Positions 21,918 through 34,428 of a stretch of DNA of 64,000 bases are shown in pieces. The notes below the pieces were generated by a model. The model was not told the DNA's origin and searched no databases. It was given only the letters and a program-made list of their open reading frames with translations. Each line of letters starts with the position of its first letter. Position 1 is the first letter of the stretch. The position numbers were made by a program, and so were the translations under genes. Source of the DNA: Escherichia coli (lineage in GTDB: Bacteria; Pseudomonadota; Gammaproteobacteria; Enterobacterales; Enterobacteriaceae); the NCBI RefSeq assembly GCF_024298765.1, contig NZ_CP101210.1; one strand, 5' to 3'.

Positions 21918-23195
21918 ATGAAAACCAAAGTTGCTGCTATTTATGGCAAGCGGGATGTCCGTCTGCGCGAATTTGAGCTGCCAGAAATTACCGATAATGA
22001 ACTGTTAGTGAATGTAATTTCTGACAGCGTTTGTTTATCCACCTGGAAAGCGGCGTTACTCGGTAGTGAACATAAACGCGTACCCGACGATTTAGAAAAT
22101 CATCCGGTCATTACCGGGCATGAATGTGCCGGGGTTATTGTTGAAGTGGGTAAAAATCTCACCGACAAATATAAAAAAGGCCAGCGTTTTGTATTGCAAC
22201 CGGCGATGGGGTTACCAAGCGGATATTCAGCGGGCTACAGCTACGAATATTTTGGCGGTAACGCCACCTATATGATTATTCCCGAAATCGTCATTAATTT
22301 GGGCTGCGTATTACCGTATCACGGCTCTTATTTTGCTGCGGCGTCACTGGCAGAGCCTATGTGCTGCATTATTGGCGCTTATCATGCCAATTATCACACC
22401 ACGCAATATGTTTATGAGCATCGCATGGGCGTTAAACCTGGCGGCAATATTGCGCTGCTGGCATGTGCTGGTCCGATGGGCATTGGCGCTATCGATTATG
22501 CTATTAACGGCGGCATACAACCGTCGCGGGTGGTGGTGGTCGATATCGACGACAAACGCCTGGCGCAGGTACAAAAGCTGCTGCCGGTGGAACTGGCGGC
22601 CAGTAAAGGCATTGAGCTGGTGTATATGAATACCAAAGGGATGAGCGATCCGGTCCAGACGCTGCGGGCGCTGACGGATGATGCCGGATTTGATGACGTA
22701 TTTGTCTATGCAGCGGTGCCTTCAGTCGTCGAGATGGCTGATGAATTACTGGCGGAAGATGGCTGCCTGAACTTCTTTGCCGGGCCGACGGATAAAAACT
22801 TCAAAGTGCCGTTTAATTTCTACAACGTCCATTACAACAGAACGCATGTCGTCGGTACGTCCGGCGGTTCAACGGACGACATGAAAGAGGCGATTGCGCT
22901 TAGCGCCACAGGGCAGTTGCAGCCGTCGTTTATGGTGACCCATATCGGTGGGCTGGATGCGGTGCCAGAAACCGTGCTCAATCTGCCGGATATCCCAGGC
23001 GGTAAAAAACTCATTTATAACGGCGTGACCATGCCGCTCACTGCCATTGCCGATTTTGCCGAAAAAGGCAAAACCGATCCGCTGTTTAAAGAGTTGGCGC
23101 GGCTGGTTGAGGAAACGCACGGCATCTGGAATGAACAGGCCGAGAAATATCTGCTGGCACAATTTGGCGTTGATAGCGGGGAGGCCGCGCAATGA
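21918..23195 (+). CDS. yggP: Zn-dependent alcohol/polyol dehydrogenase-like protein YggP (425 aa)
   Basis: ORF 21918..23195; MDR-family features (GHECAG). Confidence 0.85.
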   Translation: MKTKVAAIYGKRDVRLREFELPEITDNELLVNVISDSVCLSTWKAALLGSEHKRVPDDLENHPVITGHECAGVIVEVGKNLTDKYKKGQRFVLQPAMGLPSGYSAGYSYEYFGGNATYMIIPEIVINLGCVLPYHGSYFAAASLAEPMCCIIGAYHANYHTTQYVYEHRMGVKPGGNIALLACAGPMGIGAIDYAINGGIQPSRVVVVDIDDKRLAQVQKLLPVELAASKGIELVYMNTKGMSDPVQTLRALTDDAGFDDVFVYAAVPSVVEMADELLAEDGCLNFFAGPTDKNFKVPFNFYNVHYNRTHVVGTSGGSTDDMKEAIALSATGQLQPSFMVTHIGGLDAVPETVLNLPDIPGGKKLIYNGVTMPLTAIADFAEKGKTDPLFKELARLVEETHGIWNEQAEKYLLAQFGVDSGEAAQ

Positions 23196-24157
23196 TGTCC
23201 CTGGCGTGGCCATTATTTCGCGTTACGGAACAGGCAGCGTTGGCTGCCTGGCCGCAAACCGGATGTGGCGACAAAAATAAAATTGATGGCCTGGCGGTCA
23301 CCGCGATGCGCCAGGCATTAAACGACGTCGCTTTTCGTGGACGAGTGGTTATCGGCGAGGGAGAGATTGACCATGCGCCGATGCTGTGGATTGGCGAAGA
23401 GGTGGGCAAAGGCGATGGGCCAGAAGTCGATATCGCGGTTGACCCGATTGAAGGCACGCGGATGGTGGTGATGGGGCAGAGCAATGCGCTGGCGGTCATG
23501 GCTTTCGCCCCACGGGGCAGCCTGTTACATGCGCCCGATATGTATATGAAAAAGCTGGTTGTTAATCGACTGGCTGCCGGGGCGATAGATCTGTCTTTGC
23601 CTCTGGCGGACAACTTGCGTAACGTGGCGCGGGCGTTAGGTAAACCGCTGGACAAGCTGCGTATGGTTACGCTGGATAAACCGCGCCTGAGTGCCGCAAT
23701 TGAGGAAGCAACACAGCTGGGCGTGAAGGTTTTTGCCCTGCCGGATGGCGATGTCGCCGCCAGCGTGCTGACCTGCTGGCAGGATAATCCTTACGATGTG
23801 ATGTACACCATCGGCGGTGCGCCAGAAGGCGTGATTTCTGCCTGTGCCGTTAAAGCATTAGGCGGGGATATGCAGGCCGAGCTGATTGACTTTTGTCAGG
23901 CTAAAGGGGATTACACGGAAAATCGGCAGATTGCAGAGCAGGAGCGCAAGCGTTGCAAGGAAATGGGCGTTGACGTTAACCGTGTGTACTCGCTCGATGA
24001 ACTGGTGAGGGGGAACGATATCCTCTTTAGCGCTACGGGCGTGACGGGCGGCGAGTTGGTGAACGGAATCCAACAGACGGCGAATGGGGTGCGGACGCAG
24101 ACATTACTGATCGGCGGCGCGGACCAAACGTGTAATATAATAGACTCCCTGCATTGA
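23192..24157 (+). CDS. yggF: Class II (GlpX-type) fructose-1,6-bisphosphatase YggF (321 aa)
   Basis: ORF 23192..24157; ATGA overlap with the yggP stop. Confidence 0.85.
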   Translation: MMSLAWPLFRVTEQAALAAWPQTGCGDKNKIDGLAVTAMRQALNDVAFRGRVVIGEGEIDHAPMLWIGEEVGKGDGPEVDIAVDPIEGTRMVVMGQSNALAVMAFAPRGSLLHAPDMYMKKLVVNRLAAGAIDLSLPLADNLRNVARALGKPLDKLRMVTLDKPRLSAAIEEATQLGVKVFALPDGDVAASVLTCWQDNPYDVMYTIGGAPEGVISACAVKALGGDMQAELIDFCQAKGDYTENRQIAEQERKRCKEMGVDVNRVYSLDELVRGNDILFSATGVTGGELVNGIQQTANGVRTQTLLIGGADQTCNIIDSLH

Positions 24158-24178
24158 TGGTGATCTATCGGAAGACCA

Positions 24179-24688
24179 ATGGCGACGCTGACAGAAGATG
24201 ATGTGCTTGAGCAACTGGATGCACAGGACAATTTATTTTCATTTATGAAAACTACGCATTCTATTTTGCTCCAGGGGATACGCCAGTTTCTGCCGTCGCT
24301 GTTTGTCGATAATGATGAAGAGATCGTCGAATATGCAGTGAAGCCGTTACTCGCCCAAAGCGGCCCGCTTGACGATATTGATGTTGCACTGCGTTTGATT
24401 TATGCGCTGGGGAAAATGGATAAATGGCTGTACGCCGATATCACGCATTTTTCCCAGTTCTGGCATTACCTGAACGAACAGGATGAAATGCCCGGATTTG
24501 CCGATGACATGACCTGGGATTTTATCAGCAACGTCAATAGCATAACCCGCAATGCGACGCTCTATGACGCGTTGAAAGCGATGAAGTTCGCCGATTTCGC
24601 CGTCTGGTCAGAGGCGCGTTTTAGCAGGATGGTCAAAACGGCGCTGACGCTGGCAGTAACGACCACCTTAAAGGAATTAACGCCGTGA
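24179..24688 (+). CDS. yggD: MtlR-like transcriptional regulator YggD (169 aa)
   Basis: ORF 24179..24688; position in the cmt cluster. Confidence 0.8.
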   Translation: MATLTEDDVLEQLDAQDNLFSFMKTTHSILLQGIRQFLPSLFVDNDEEIVEYAVKPLLAQSGPLDDIDVALRLIYALGKMDKWLYADITHFSQFWHYLNEQDEMPGFADDMTWDFISNVNSITRNATLYDALKAMKFADFAVWSEARFSRMVKTALTLAVTTTLKELTP

Positions 24689-25398
24689 AAATTGAATTAA
24701 CGGTGAATGGGCTGAAGATACAGGCACAGTACCAGAACGAAGAGATTGAAAATGTACATAAACCGTTGCTGCACATGTTGGCGGCCTTACAGACGGTAAA
24801 TCCGCAGCGGCGTACGGTGGTTTTTCTTTGCGCTCCGCCGGGGACGGGTAAATCTACCCTAACCACCTTCTGGGAATATCTCGCGCAACAAGACCCGGAG
24901 CTGCCCGCTATTCAGACGCTGCCGATGGATGGTTTTCATCATTACAATAGCTGGCTGGATGCGCATCAATTGCGCCCCTTCAAAGGCGCACCAGAGACAT
25001 TTGACGTTGCGAAACTGGCGGAAAATCTGCGCCAGGTAATGGAAGGGGATTGTACGTGGCCGCAGTACGATCGACAAAAGCATGATCCTGTTGAAGATGC
25101 GTTGCACGTTACCGCACCACTCGTCATCGTCGAAGGAAACTGGCTATTATTGGATGATGAAAAGTGGCAGGAGTTGGCATCTTTCTGCGATTTTTCTATT
25201 TTTATTCATGCACCTGCTCAAATTCTGCGGGAGCGCTTGATTAGTCGTAAAATTGCGGGAGGATTATCGCGGCAAGAAGCCGAAGCTTTTTATGCCCGAA
25301 CCGATGGTCCCAATGTCGAGCGTGTGCTGGTGAATAGTCGTCAGGCCAATCTGATATTAGAGATGACCGAAGAAGGCAGATATCACTTCAAAAGCTGA
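24685..25398 (+). CDS. yggC: P-loop kinase-like protein YggC (237 aa)
   Basis: ORF 24685..25398 (GTG start); Walker A GTGKST. Confidence 0.8.
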   Translation: MKIELTVNGLKIQAQYQNEEIENVHKPLLHMLAALQTVNPQRRTVVFLCAPPGTGKSTLTTFWEYLAQQDPELPAIQTLPMDGFHHYNSWLDAHQLRPFKGAPETFDVAKLAENLRQVMEGDCTWPQYDRQKHDPVEDALHVTAPLVIVEGNWLLLDDEKWQELASFCDFSIFIHAPAQILRERLISRKIAGGLSRQEAEAFYARTDGPNVERVLVNSRQANLILEMTEEGRYHFKS

Positions 25399-25682
25399 CA
25401 ATTTATTCCAGTTATTGCAGGGGTATTATTACGCCAGCCTGGAATAAAGCTCCCTACAAAAGGGGATAAAAGTGTGATGTAAGTCAGATAAATGTCTTCT
25501 TCGGCTGGACAATCATTCCTTTTATTCCACGTTTCGCTTATCCTAGCTGAAGCGTTTCAGTCGATTAAATGTTCGACAATTAACCAATCAGTCGCAGTTT
25601 GCGACAGGTAAGGTTTCCCCGGACGATTTGCTGGATTACTCTGTCTGGCAAATTTGCTCAGGGAAAACCTTGCAGGAGATCT

Positions 25683-26702
25683 ATGACCGTACGCGTAGCG
25701 ATAAATGGCTTCGGTCGCATCGGGCGTAATGTGGTTCGTGCTTTGTATGAATCCGGACGCCGGGCGGAAATTACCGTGGTGGCAATCAACGAACTGGCGG
25801 ATGCTGCGGGCATGGCGCATTTGTTGAAATATGACACCAGCCATGGCCGTTTTGCATGGGAAGTACGACAGGAACGCGATCAACTTTTTGTTGGTGATGA
25901 CGCCATCCGTGTATTGCATGAACGTTCACTGCAATCGCTCCCCTGGCGTGAACTTGGCGTTGATGTAGTCCTCGACTGCACCGGCGTATATGGCTCCCGC
26001 GAGCATGGCGAAGCGCATATTGCCGCCGGGGCCAAAAAAGTGCTCTTTTCACATCCTGGCAGTAACGATCTCGACGCGACCGTTGTTTACGGCGTCAATC
26101 AGGATCAACTTCGTGCGGAACACCGCATCGTTTCTAACGCTTCCTGTACCACGAATTGCATAATTCCCGTCATCAAATTGTTAGATGATGCGTACGGTAT
26201 TGAGTCCGGCACTGTGACCACAATTCACTCCGCCATGCACGATCAACAGGTTATTGATGCATACCATCCTGACCTGCGTCGCACCCGGGCAGCCAGCCAG
26301 TCGATCATTCCGGTCGATACTAAACTGGCCGCCGGTATCACACGATTTTTTCCGCAATTTAACGATCGCTTTGAAGCGATTGCGGTACGTGTGCCAACCA
26401 TAAATGTGACGGCAATCGATTTAAGCGTGACGGTGAAGAAACCTGTAAAAGCCAATGAAGTCAACCTGTTGCTGCAAAAAGCAGCACAAGGTGCATTTCA
26501 TGGTATAGTTGACTATACGGAATTGCCGTTGGTCTCTGTAGATTTTAACCACGATCCGCACAGTGCCATTGTCGATGGCACCCAAACCCGGGTTAGTGGC
26601 GCACACCTGATCAAAACGTTGGTCTGGTGCGATAACGAATGGGGCTTTGCTAACCGAATGCTCGACACGACGTTAGCTATGGCTACTGTTGCTTTCAGGT
26701 AA
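25683..26702 (+). CDS. epd: D-erythrose-4-phosphate dehydrogenase Epd (339 aa)
   Basis: ORF 25599..26702 trimmed to [15 protein letters not shown]; GAPDH family. Confidence 0.9.
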
Positions 26703-26751
26703 GACGCAAGCAGCGTCTGCAAAACTTTTAGAATCAACGAGAGGATTCACC

Positions 26752-27915
26752 ATGTCTGTAATTAAGATGACCGATCTGGATCTTGCTGGGAAACGTGTAT
26801 TTATCCGTGCGGATCTGAACGTACCAGTAAAAGACGGGAAAGTAACCAGCGACGCGCGTATCCGTGCTTCTCTGCCGACCATCGAACTTGCCCTGAAACA
26901 AGGCGCAAAAGTGATGGTAACTTCCCACCTGGGTCGTCCTACCGAAGGCGAGTACAACGAAGAATTCTCTCTGCTGCCGGTTGTTAACTACCTGAAAGAC
27001 AAACTGTCTAACCCGGTTCGTCTGGTTAAAGATTACCTCGACGGCGTTGACGTTGCTGAAGGTGAACTGGTTGTTCTGGAAAACGTTCGCTTCAACAAAG
27101 GCGAGAAGAAAGACGACGAAACCCTGTCCAAAAAATACGCTGCACTGTGTGACGTGTTCGTAATGGACGCATTCGGTACTGCTCACCGCGCGCAGGCTTC
27201 TACTCACGGTATCGGTAAATTCGCTGACGTTGCGTGCGCAGGCCCGCTGCTGGCAGCTGAACTGGACGCGCTGGGTAAAGCACTGAAAGAACCTGCTCGC
27301 CCGATGGTGGCTATCGTTGGTGGTTCTAAAGTATCTACCAAACTGACCGTTCTGGACTCCCTGTCTAAAATCGCTGACCAGCTGATTGTTGGTGGTGGTA
27401 TCGCTAACACCTTTATCGCGGCACAAGGCCACGATGTGGGTAAATCCCTGTACGAAGCTGATCTGGTTGACGAAGCAAAACGTCTGCTGACCACCTGCAA
27501 CATCCCGGTTCCGTCTGATGTTCGTGTAGCAACTGAGTTCTCTGAAACTGCACCGGCTACCCTGAAATCTGTTAACGATGTGAAAGCTGACGAGCAGATC
27601 CTGGATATCGGTGATGCTTCCGCTCAGGAACTGGCTGAAATCCTGAAGAATGCGAAAACCATTTTGTGGAACGGTCCGGTTGGCGTGTTCGAATTCCCGA
27701 ACTTCCGCAAAGGTACTGAAATCGTGGCTAACGCTATCGCAGACAGCGAAGCGTTCTCCATCGCTGGCGGCGGCGACACTCTGGCAGCAATCGACCTGTT
27801 CGGCATTGCTGACAAAATCTCCTACATCTCCACTGGCGGCGGCGCATTCCTCGAATTCGTGGAAGGTAAAGTACTGCCTGCAGTAGCGATGCTCGAAGAG
27901 CGCGCTAAGAAGTAA
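26752..27915 (+). CDS. pgk: Phosphoglycerate kinase Pgk (387 aa)
   Basis: ORF 26689..27915 trimmed to [25 protein letters not shown]. Confidence 0.95.
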
Positions 27916-28128
27916 AAAATCACAGGGCAGGGAAACCTGCCCTTGTTGCAGCGCGCTTTTAAAGCACGCACTTTTTCATACTCTAAATAATTCGAGTTGC
28001 AGGAAGGCGACAAGAGAGTGAATCCCATGAGCTTACATAAGTAAGTGACTGGGGTGAGCGAACGCAGACGCAGCACATGCAACTTGAAGTATGACGAGTA
28101 TAAGGCCCGACGATACAGGACAAGAGAC

Positions 28129-29208
28129 ATGTCTAAGATTTTTGATTTCGTAAAACCTGGCGTAATCACTGGTGATGACGTACAGAAAGTTTTCCAGGTA
28201 GCAAAAGAAAACAACTTCGCACTGCCAGCAGTAAACTGCGTCGGTACTGACTCCATCAACGCCGTGCTGGAAACCGCTGCTAAAGTTAAAGCGCCGGTTA
28301 TCGTTCAGTTCTCCAACGGTGGTGCTTCCTTTATCGCTGGTAAAGGCGTGAAATCTGACGTTCCGCAGGGTGCTGCTATCCTGGGCGCGATCTCTGGTGC
28401 GCATCACGTTCACCAGATGGCTGAACATTATGGTGTTCCGGTTATCCTGCACACCGACCACTGCGCGAAGAAACTGCTGCCGTGGATCGACGGTCTGCTG
28501 GACGCGGGTGAAAAACACTTCGCAGCTACCGGCAAGCCGCTGTTCTCTTCTCACATGATCGACCTGTCAGAAGAATCTCTGCAAGAGAACATCGAAATCT
28601 GCTCTAAATACCTGGAGCGCATGTCCAAAATCGGCATGACTCTGGAAATCGAACTGGGTTGCACCGGTGGTGAAGAAGACGGCGTGGACAACAGCCACAT
28701 GGACGCTTCTGCACTGTACACCCAGCCGGAAGACGTTGATTATGCGTATACCGAGCTGAGCAAAATCAGCCCGCGTTTCACCATCGCAGCGTCCTTCGGT
28801 AACGTACACGGTGTTTACAAGCCGGGTAACGTTGTTCTGACTCCGACTATCCTGCGCGACTCTCAGGAATATGTTTCTAAGAAACACAACCTGCCGCACA
28901 ACAGCCTGAACTTCGTATTCCACGGTGGTTCCGGTTCTACTGCTCAGGAAATCAAAGACTCCGTAAGCTACGGCGTAGTGAAAATGAACATTGATACCGA
29001 TACCCAATGGGCAACCTGGGAAGGCGTTCTGAACTACTACAAAGCGAACGAAGCTTACCTGCAGGGTCAGCTGGGTAACCCGAAAGGCGAAGATCAGCCG
29101 AACAAGAAATACTACGATCCGCGCGTATGGCTGCGTGCAGGTCAGACTTCTATGATCGCTCGTCTGGAAAAAGCATTCCAGGAACTGAACGCGATCGACG
29201 TTCTGTAA
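28129..29208 (+). CDS. fbaA: Class II fructose-bisphosphate aldolase FbaA (359 aa)
   Basis: ORF 28045..29208 trimmed to MSKIFDFVKPGVITGDD. Confidence 0.95.
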   Translation: MSKIFDFVKPGVITGDDVQKVFQVAKENNFALPAVNCVGTDSINAVLETAAKVKAPVIVQFSNGGASFIAGKGVKSDVPQGAAILGAISGAHHVHQMAEHYGVPVILHTDHCAKKLLPWIDGLLDAGEKHFAATGKPLFSSHMIDLSEESLQENIEICSKYLERMSKIGMTLEIELGCTGGEEDGVDNSHMDASALYTQPEDVDYAYTELSKISPRFTIAASFGNVHGVYKPGNVVLTPTILRDSQEYVSKKHNLPHNSLNFVFHGGSGSTAQEIKDSVSYGVVKMNIDTDTQWATWEGVLNYYKANEAYLQGQLGNPKGEDQPNKKYYDPRVWLRAGQTSMIARLEKAFQELNAIDVL

Positions 29209-29232
29209 GTCATTCCTTTCTGCTTATCTCAA

Positions 29233-29256
29233 GGCCCGCTCTGCGGGTCTTTTTTT
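29233..29256 (+). terminator. Rho-independent terminator after fbaA
   Basis: Hairpin cccgctctgcggg followed by tcttttttt. Confidence 0.6.
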
Positions 29257-29398
29257 CGCCAAAAGCAAGGTGATGCAGATGAGAAATCTGTGATCTATTT
29301 GGCAAAATTATGCTTTATTGTTTACCCTTGTCAGACTGCCCGTCATAAGGCGGCGGAGTGTATTTCTCCATTTTGAGTCAGTTGAAAAGGAATATTGA

Positions 29399-30259
<861 letters not shown>

Positions 30260-30267
30260 TCAACGCT

Positions 30268-30300
30268 GAGGCCAGATAATACTCTCTGGCCTCTCTCTTA
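30268..30300 (+). terminator. Putative terminator after mscS
   Basis: Hairpin gaggccagataatactctctggcctc followed by a T-rich tract. Confidence 0.45.
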
Positions 30301-30397
30301 TTAGTTTTTCTGATTGCCAATTAATATTATCAATTTCCGCTAATAACAATCCCGCGATATAGTCTCTGCATCAGATACTTAATTCGGAATATCCAAC

Positions 30398-31033
30398 GTG
30401 TTTTCTTATTACTTTCAAGGTCTTGCACTTGGGGCGGCTATGATCCTACCGCTCGGTCCACAAAATGCTTTTGTGATGAATCAGGGCATTCGTCGTCAGT
30501 ACCACATTATGATTGCCTTACTTTGCGCTATCAGCGATTTGGTCCTGATTTGCGCCGGGATTTTTGGTGGCAGCGCGTTATTGATGCAGTCGCCGTGGTT
30601 GCTGGCGCTGGTCACCTGGGGCGGCGTAGCCTTCTTGCTGTGGTATGGTTTTGGCGCTTTTAAAACAGCGATGAGCAGTAATATTGAGTTAGCCAGTGCC
30701 GAAGTCCTGAAGCAAGGCAGATGGAAAATTATCGCCACCATGCTGGCAGTGACCTGGCTGAATCCGCATGTTTACCTGGATACTTTTGTTGTACTGGGCA
30801 GTCTTGGCGGGCAACTTGATGTGGAACCAAAACGTTGGTTTGCGCTCGGGACAATTAGCGCCTCTTTCCTGTGGTTCTTTGGTCTGGCTATTCTCGCAGC
30901 CTGGCTGGCACCGCGCCTGCGCACGGCAAAATCACAGCGCATTATCAATCTGGTAGTGGGATGTGTTATGTGGTTTATTGCCTTGCAGCTGGCGAGAGAC
31001 GGTATTGTTCATGCACAAGCCTTGCTCAGTTAG
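30398..31033 (+). CDS. argO: Arginine exporter ArgO (LysE family, 211 aa)
   Basis: ORF 30398..31033 (GTG start); translation [23 protein letters not shown]. Confidence 0.85.
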   Translation: MFSYYFQGLALGAAMILPLGPQNAFVMNQGIRRQYHIMIALLCAISDLVLICAGIFGGSALLMQSPWLLALVTWGGVAFLLWYGFGAFKTAMSSNIELASAEVLKQGRWKIIATMLAVTWLNPHVYLDTFVVLGSLGGQLDVEPKRWFALGTISASFLWFFGLAILAAWLAPRLRTAKSQRIINLVVGCVMWFIALQLARDGIVHAQALLS

Positions 31034-31125
31034 GCGCTATCTGATGGAAAAATAAAACAGAGGCGCTAAGCTTGCCTCCAGAGGTCCTGAATTTTAGGCA
31101 AGTCAATTAACACGGAGAGACTAAC

Positions 31126-31866
31126 GTGAAGTTCAAAGTTATCGCCCTGGCGGCATTAATGGGTATTAGCGGGATGGCAGCGCAGGCTAACGAATTGCCG
31201 GATGGACCGCATATTGTCACCTCCGGTACGGCAAGCGTGGATGCGGTGCCAGACATTGCCACTCTTGCGATTGAAGTCAACGTGGCCGCGAAGGATGCCG
31301 CTACTGCCAAGAAACAGGCGGATGAGCGCGTCGCACAATACATTTCCTTCCTTGAACTCAATCAGATCGCGAAAAAAGATATCAGCTCAGCGAACTTACG
31401 CACCCAGCCAGATTATGATTATCAGGATGGTAAAAGTATCCTGAAAGGCTACCGTGCTGTGAGAACGGTGGAAGTCACGCTCCGTCAGTTAGACAAACTG
31501 AATTCCTTGCTGGATGGCGCGCTGAAGGCGGGTCTTAACGAAATTCGTTCTGTATCGCTGGGCGTGGCGCAGCCGGATGCCTATAAAGACAAAGCGCGTA
31601 AGGCAGCGATTGATAACGCGATTCATCAGGCGCAGGAACTGGCGAACGGCTTTCATCGTAAACTGGGGCCGGTATATAGTGTGCGCTACCATGTTTCCAA
31701 CTATCAGCCCAGCCCAATGGTGCGGATGATGAAAGCCGATGCCGCGCCGGTGTCCGCCCAGGAAACTTACGAGCAGGCCGCTATTCAGTTTGATGATCAG
31801 GTCGATGTGGTCTTCCAGTTAGAACCTGTGGATCAACAACCCGCTAAAACACCTGCAGCACAATAA
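31126..31866 (+). CDS. yggE: DUF541/SIMPL-family periplasmic protein YggE (246 aa)
   Basis: ORF 31126..31866 (GTG start); signal peptide. Confidence 0.85.
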   Translation: MKFKVIALAALMGISGMAAQANELPDGPHIVTSGTASVDAVPDIATLAIEVNVAAKDAATAKKQADERVAQYISFLELNQIAKKDISSANLRTQPDYDYQDGKSILKGYRAVRTVEVTLRQLDKLNSLLDGALKAGLNEIRSVSLGVAQPDAYKDKARKAAIDNAIHQAQELANGFHRKLGPVYSVRYHVSNYQPSPMVRMMKADAAPVSAQETYEQAAIQFDDQVDVVFQLEPVDQQPAKTPAAQ

Positions 31867-32033
31867 TATTTGTAGCCCGACGTATTCGTCGGGCTAATGC
31901 CTTTACCCGATATTGCCTCCTTTTTCTGTAATTTTCTGTAAAACCATGACGTAATCACCTATCTTTGCTCGCGGTTTCATCAAGGATAGGCTGACTGAAA
32001 CGGTTAAGCGGACAAGGATGCGGGGGAGGGGGT

Positions 32034-32930
32034 ATGGACATTTTTATTTCGAAAAAGATGCGCAATTTCATTTTATTAGCGCAAACCAATAATATTGCCC
32101 GGGCGGCAGAAAAAATCCATATGACAGCTTCGCCATTTGGTAAAAGCATTGCCGCGCTGGAAGAACAAATTGGCTATACGCTATTTACCCGCAAAGATAA
32201 TAATATCAGCCTCAATAAAGCCGGACAGGAACTGTATCAAAAACTGTTCCCGGTTTATCAACGGCTTTCTGCGATTGATAATGAAATCCATAACTCAGGG
32301 CGTCGTTCACGAGAAATTGTGATTGGCATAGATAATACTTATCCGACAATTATTTTCGATCAGTTGATTAGTCTCGGAGATAAGTATGAAGGCGTGACCG
32401 CCCAGCCAGTTGAGTTCAGCGAAAATGGCGTTATCGATAATCTTTTTGACCGTCAGTTAGATTTTATTATCTCCCCACAGCATGTATCTGCACGAGTTCA
32501 GGAACTGGAAAACCTGACTATCAGTGAACTACCGCCGCTGCGATTGGGCTTTCTCGTTTCTCGTCGTTATGAAGAGCGACAAGAGCAAGAGTTGCTTCAG
32601 GAGCTACCCTGGCTACAAATGCGCTTTCAGAACCGGGCTAACTTCGAAGCAATGATTGATGCGAATATGCGTCCTTGTGGGATCAATCCCACCATTATTT
32701 ATCGTCCCTACAGTTTTATGGCCAAAATCAGCGCCGTGGAGCGCGGACATTTTCTGACGGTGATCCCGCATTTTGCCTGGCGACTGGTGAATCCGGCAAC
32801 GCTGAAATATTTTGATGCGCCGCACAGGCCGATGTATATGCAGGAATATCTTTATTCAATCAGAAATCATCGTTATACCGCCACGATGCTTCAGCATATT
32901 GCTGAAGATCGTGACGGGACGAGTCATTAA
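32034..32930 (+). CDS. ygfI: LysR-family transcriptional regulator YgfI (298 aa)
   Basis: ORF 32034..32930; N-terminal HTH; stop codon overlaps the convergent scpC stop. Confidence 0.8.
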   Translation: MDIFISKKMRNFILLAQTNNIARAAEKIHMTASPFGKSIAALEEQIGYTLFTRKDNNISLNKAGQELYQKLFPVYQRLSAIDNEIHNSGRRSREIVIGIDNTYPTIIFDQLISLGDKYEGVTAQPVEFSENGVIDNLFDRQLDFIISPQHVSARVQELENLTISELPPLRLGFLVSRRYEERQEQELLQELPWLQMRFQNRANFEAMIDANMRPCGINPTIIYRPYSFMAKISAVERGHFLTVIPHFAWRLVNPATLKYFDAPHRPMYMQEYLYSIRNHRYTATMLQHIAEDRDGTSH

Positions 32931-34405
32931 CCCAGCATCGAGCCGGTTGCAATTAAATTACGGTGTAAGTCGAAGACGTGGCTAAGATCGTGGTGAATAT
33001 GTCCGCCGGGCGCATTTTCCAGATAGCGATGCAGATAATCCCGATACATAGGATGTGCACAATTATCAATGATAGTGCGGGCGCGTTGAAGCGGGGAAAG
33101 ACCACGCAGATCGGCGATGCCTTGTTCGGTGATGATCACTTTGACGCTGTGTTCGCTGTGATCAACATGGCTGCACATTGGCACGACGGTTGAGATCTTG
33201 CCTTCTTTAGCAATCGACGGGGCCATAAAGATCGACAGATACGCGTTGCGTTCAAAATCACCGCTGCCACCGATGCCGTTCATCAGATCGACCCCGGCTA
33301 CGTGCGTTGAGTTGGCATGCCCGTAAATATCAAACTCCAGGCCGACGTTCAGAGCGATGACGCCCAGACGACGGATGATTTCCGGGTTATTGGAAATCTC
33401 CTGCGGACGCAACACAATGCGGCTGGCAAAGTAATCCATATTGTCGTAAATCTTGCGCAGGGAATCGGCCGAGATAGTCAGGCTGGAGGCGCTGGCCCCG
33501 CTGATTTTGCCCGTTTCCAGTAAATGCACCACCGATTCCTGTAGCACTTCCGAATACATCATAAACGGAGGAATTTCCGGATTTTCCCCCAGACGCGCCA
33601 TTACCGCATTATTGATGTTGCCTACGCCACTTTGCAGCGGCAGAAATTCCGGCGGAATACGCCCATGCGCCATTTCCTGCAACAAGAACGTGACCACGTT
33701 ATCGGCAATCTGCTGGCACATGGGATTTTGCTTATCCAGCATATTACCGGCGTCAGGCAAGTTGGTTTCCACGACGGCGACAATCTTTTTCGGATCGATT
33801 TGCACATAGCGGGTACCGACGCGATCCATTGCATGGAAGATCGACACGCTATTGCGCCGCGGTGGCGCGCCAGGAATCACAATATCTGCCAGTTCTGCAA
33901 CGCGCGGATCGTGATAGTGATTGAGTTCAATGATCACTTTCTTCGCCCGCAGCAGCCAGGTCGGCGCATTACCGATCCCGCTGGTTAACCAGACTCGACC
34001 ATCCGGTGCCAGTGCCGATGCTTCAATGACGGCAACATCAATGTCGCCGAAGAAACCGTAATTGACCATTTGCGCCACTTCGCTCAAATGCAGGTCAACG
34101 AAACTCACCGCGCCCTGATTGATCTTTTTACGTAAACCGGACGATGTTTGATATGGCGCACGCCAGGAAACAGCATCGGCGTCAGAAAGTACATCGTCAG
34201 CGGCGGCGCTGATTGACGCCCCCGTCAGCAGGCGAATTTGATACGGCTTTTTGGCCTCATGCTGTTCGTTAGCTCTGCGGGCAATCGCGTTGGGTAAGGC
34301 TTTCGGCGAACCCGCTGGGGTAAAGCCGCTAAATGCCACCATGTCGTTATGCTGGATAATTTCTGCCGCTTCATCGGCGGTCATCCTTGTCCACTGAGTT
34401 TCCAT
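32927..34405 (-). CDS. scpC: Propionyl-CoA:succinate CoA-transferase ScpC (YgfH, 492 aa)
   Basis: ORF 32927..34405; last gene of the sbm operon. Confidence 0.9.
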   Translation of the reverse strand: METQWTRMTADEAAEIIQHNDMVAFSGFTPAGSPKALPNAIARRANEQHEAKKPYQIRLLTGASISAAADDVLSDADAVSWRAPYQTSSGLRKKINQGAVSFVDLHLSEVAQMVNYGFFGDIDVAVIEASALAPDGRVWLTSGIGNAPTWLLRAKKVIIELNHYHDPRVAELADIVIPGAPPRRNSVSIFHAMDRVGTRYVQIDPKKIVAVVETNLPDAGNMLDKQNPMCQQIADNVVTFLLQEMAHGRIPPEFLPLQSGVGNINNAVMARLGENPEIPPFMMYSEVLQESVVHLLETGKISGASASSLTISADSLRKIYDNMDYFASRIVLRPQEISNNPEIIRRLGVIALNVGLEFDIYGHANSTHVAGVDLMNGIGGSGDFERNAYLSIFMAPSIAKEGKISTVVPMCSHVDHSEHSVKVIITEQGIADLRGLSPLQRARTIIDNCAHPMYRDYLHRYLENAPGGHIHHDLSHVFDLHRNLIATGSMLG

Positions 34406-34428
34406 TTTAACTCCTTCGTTCGCAGGGA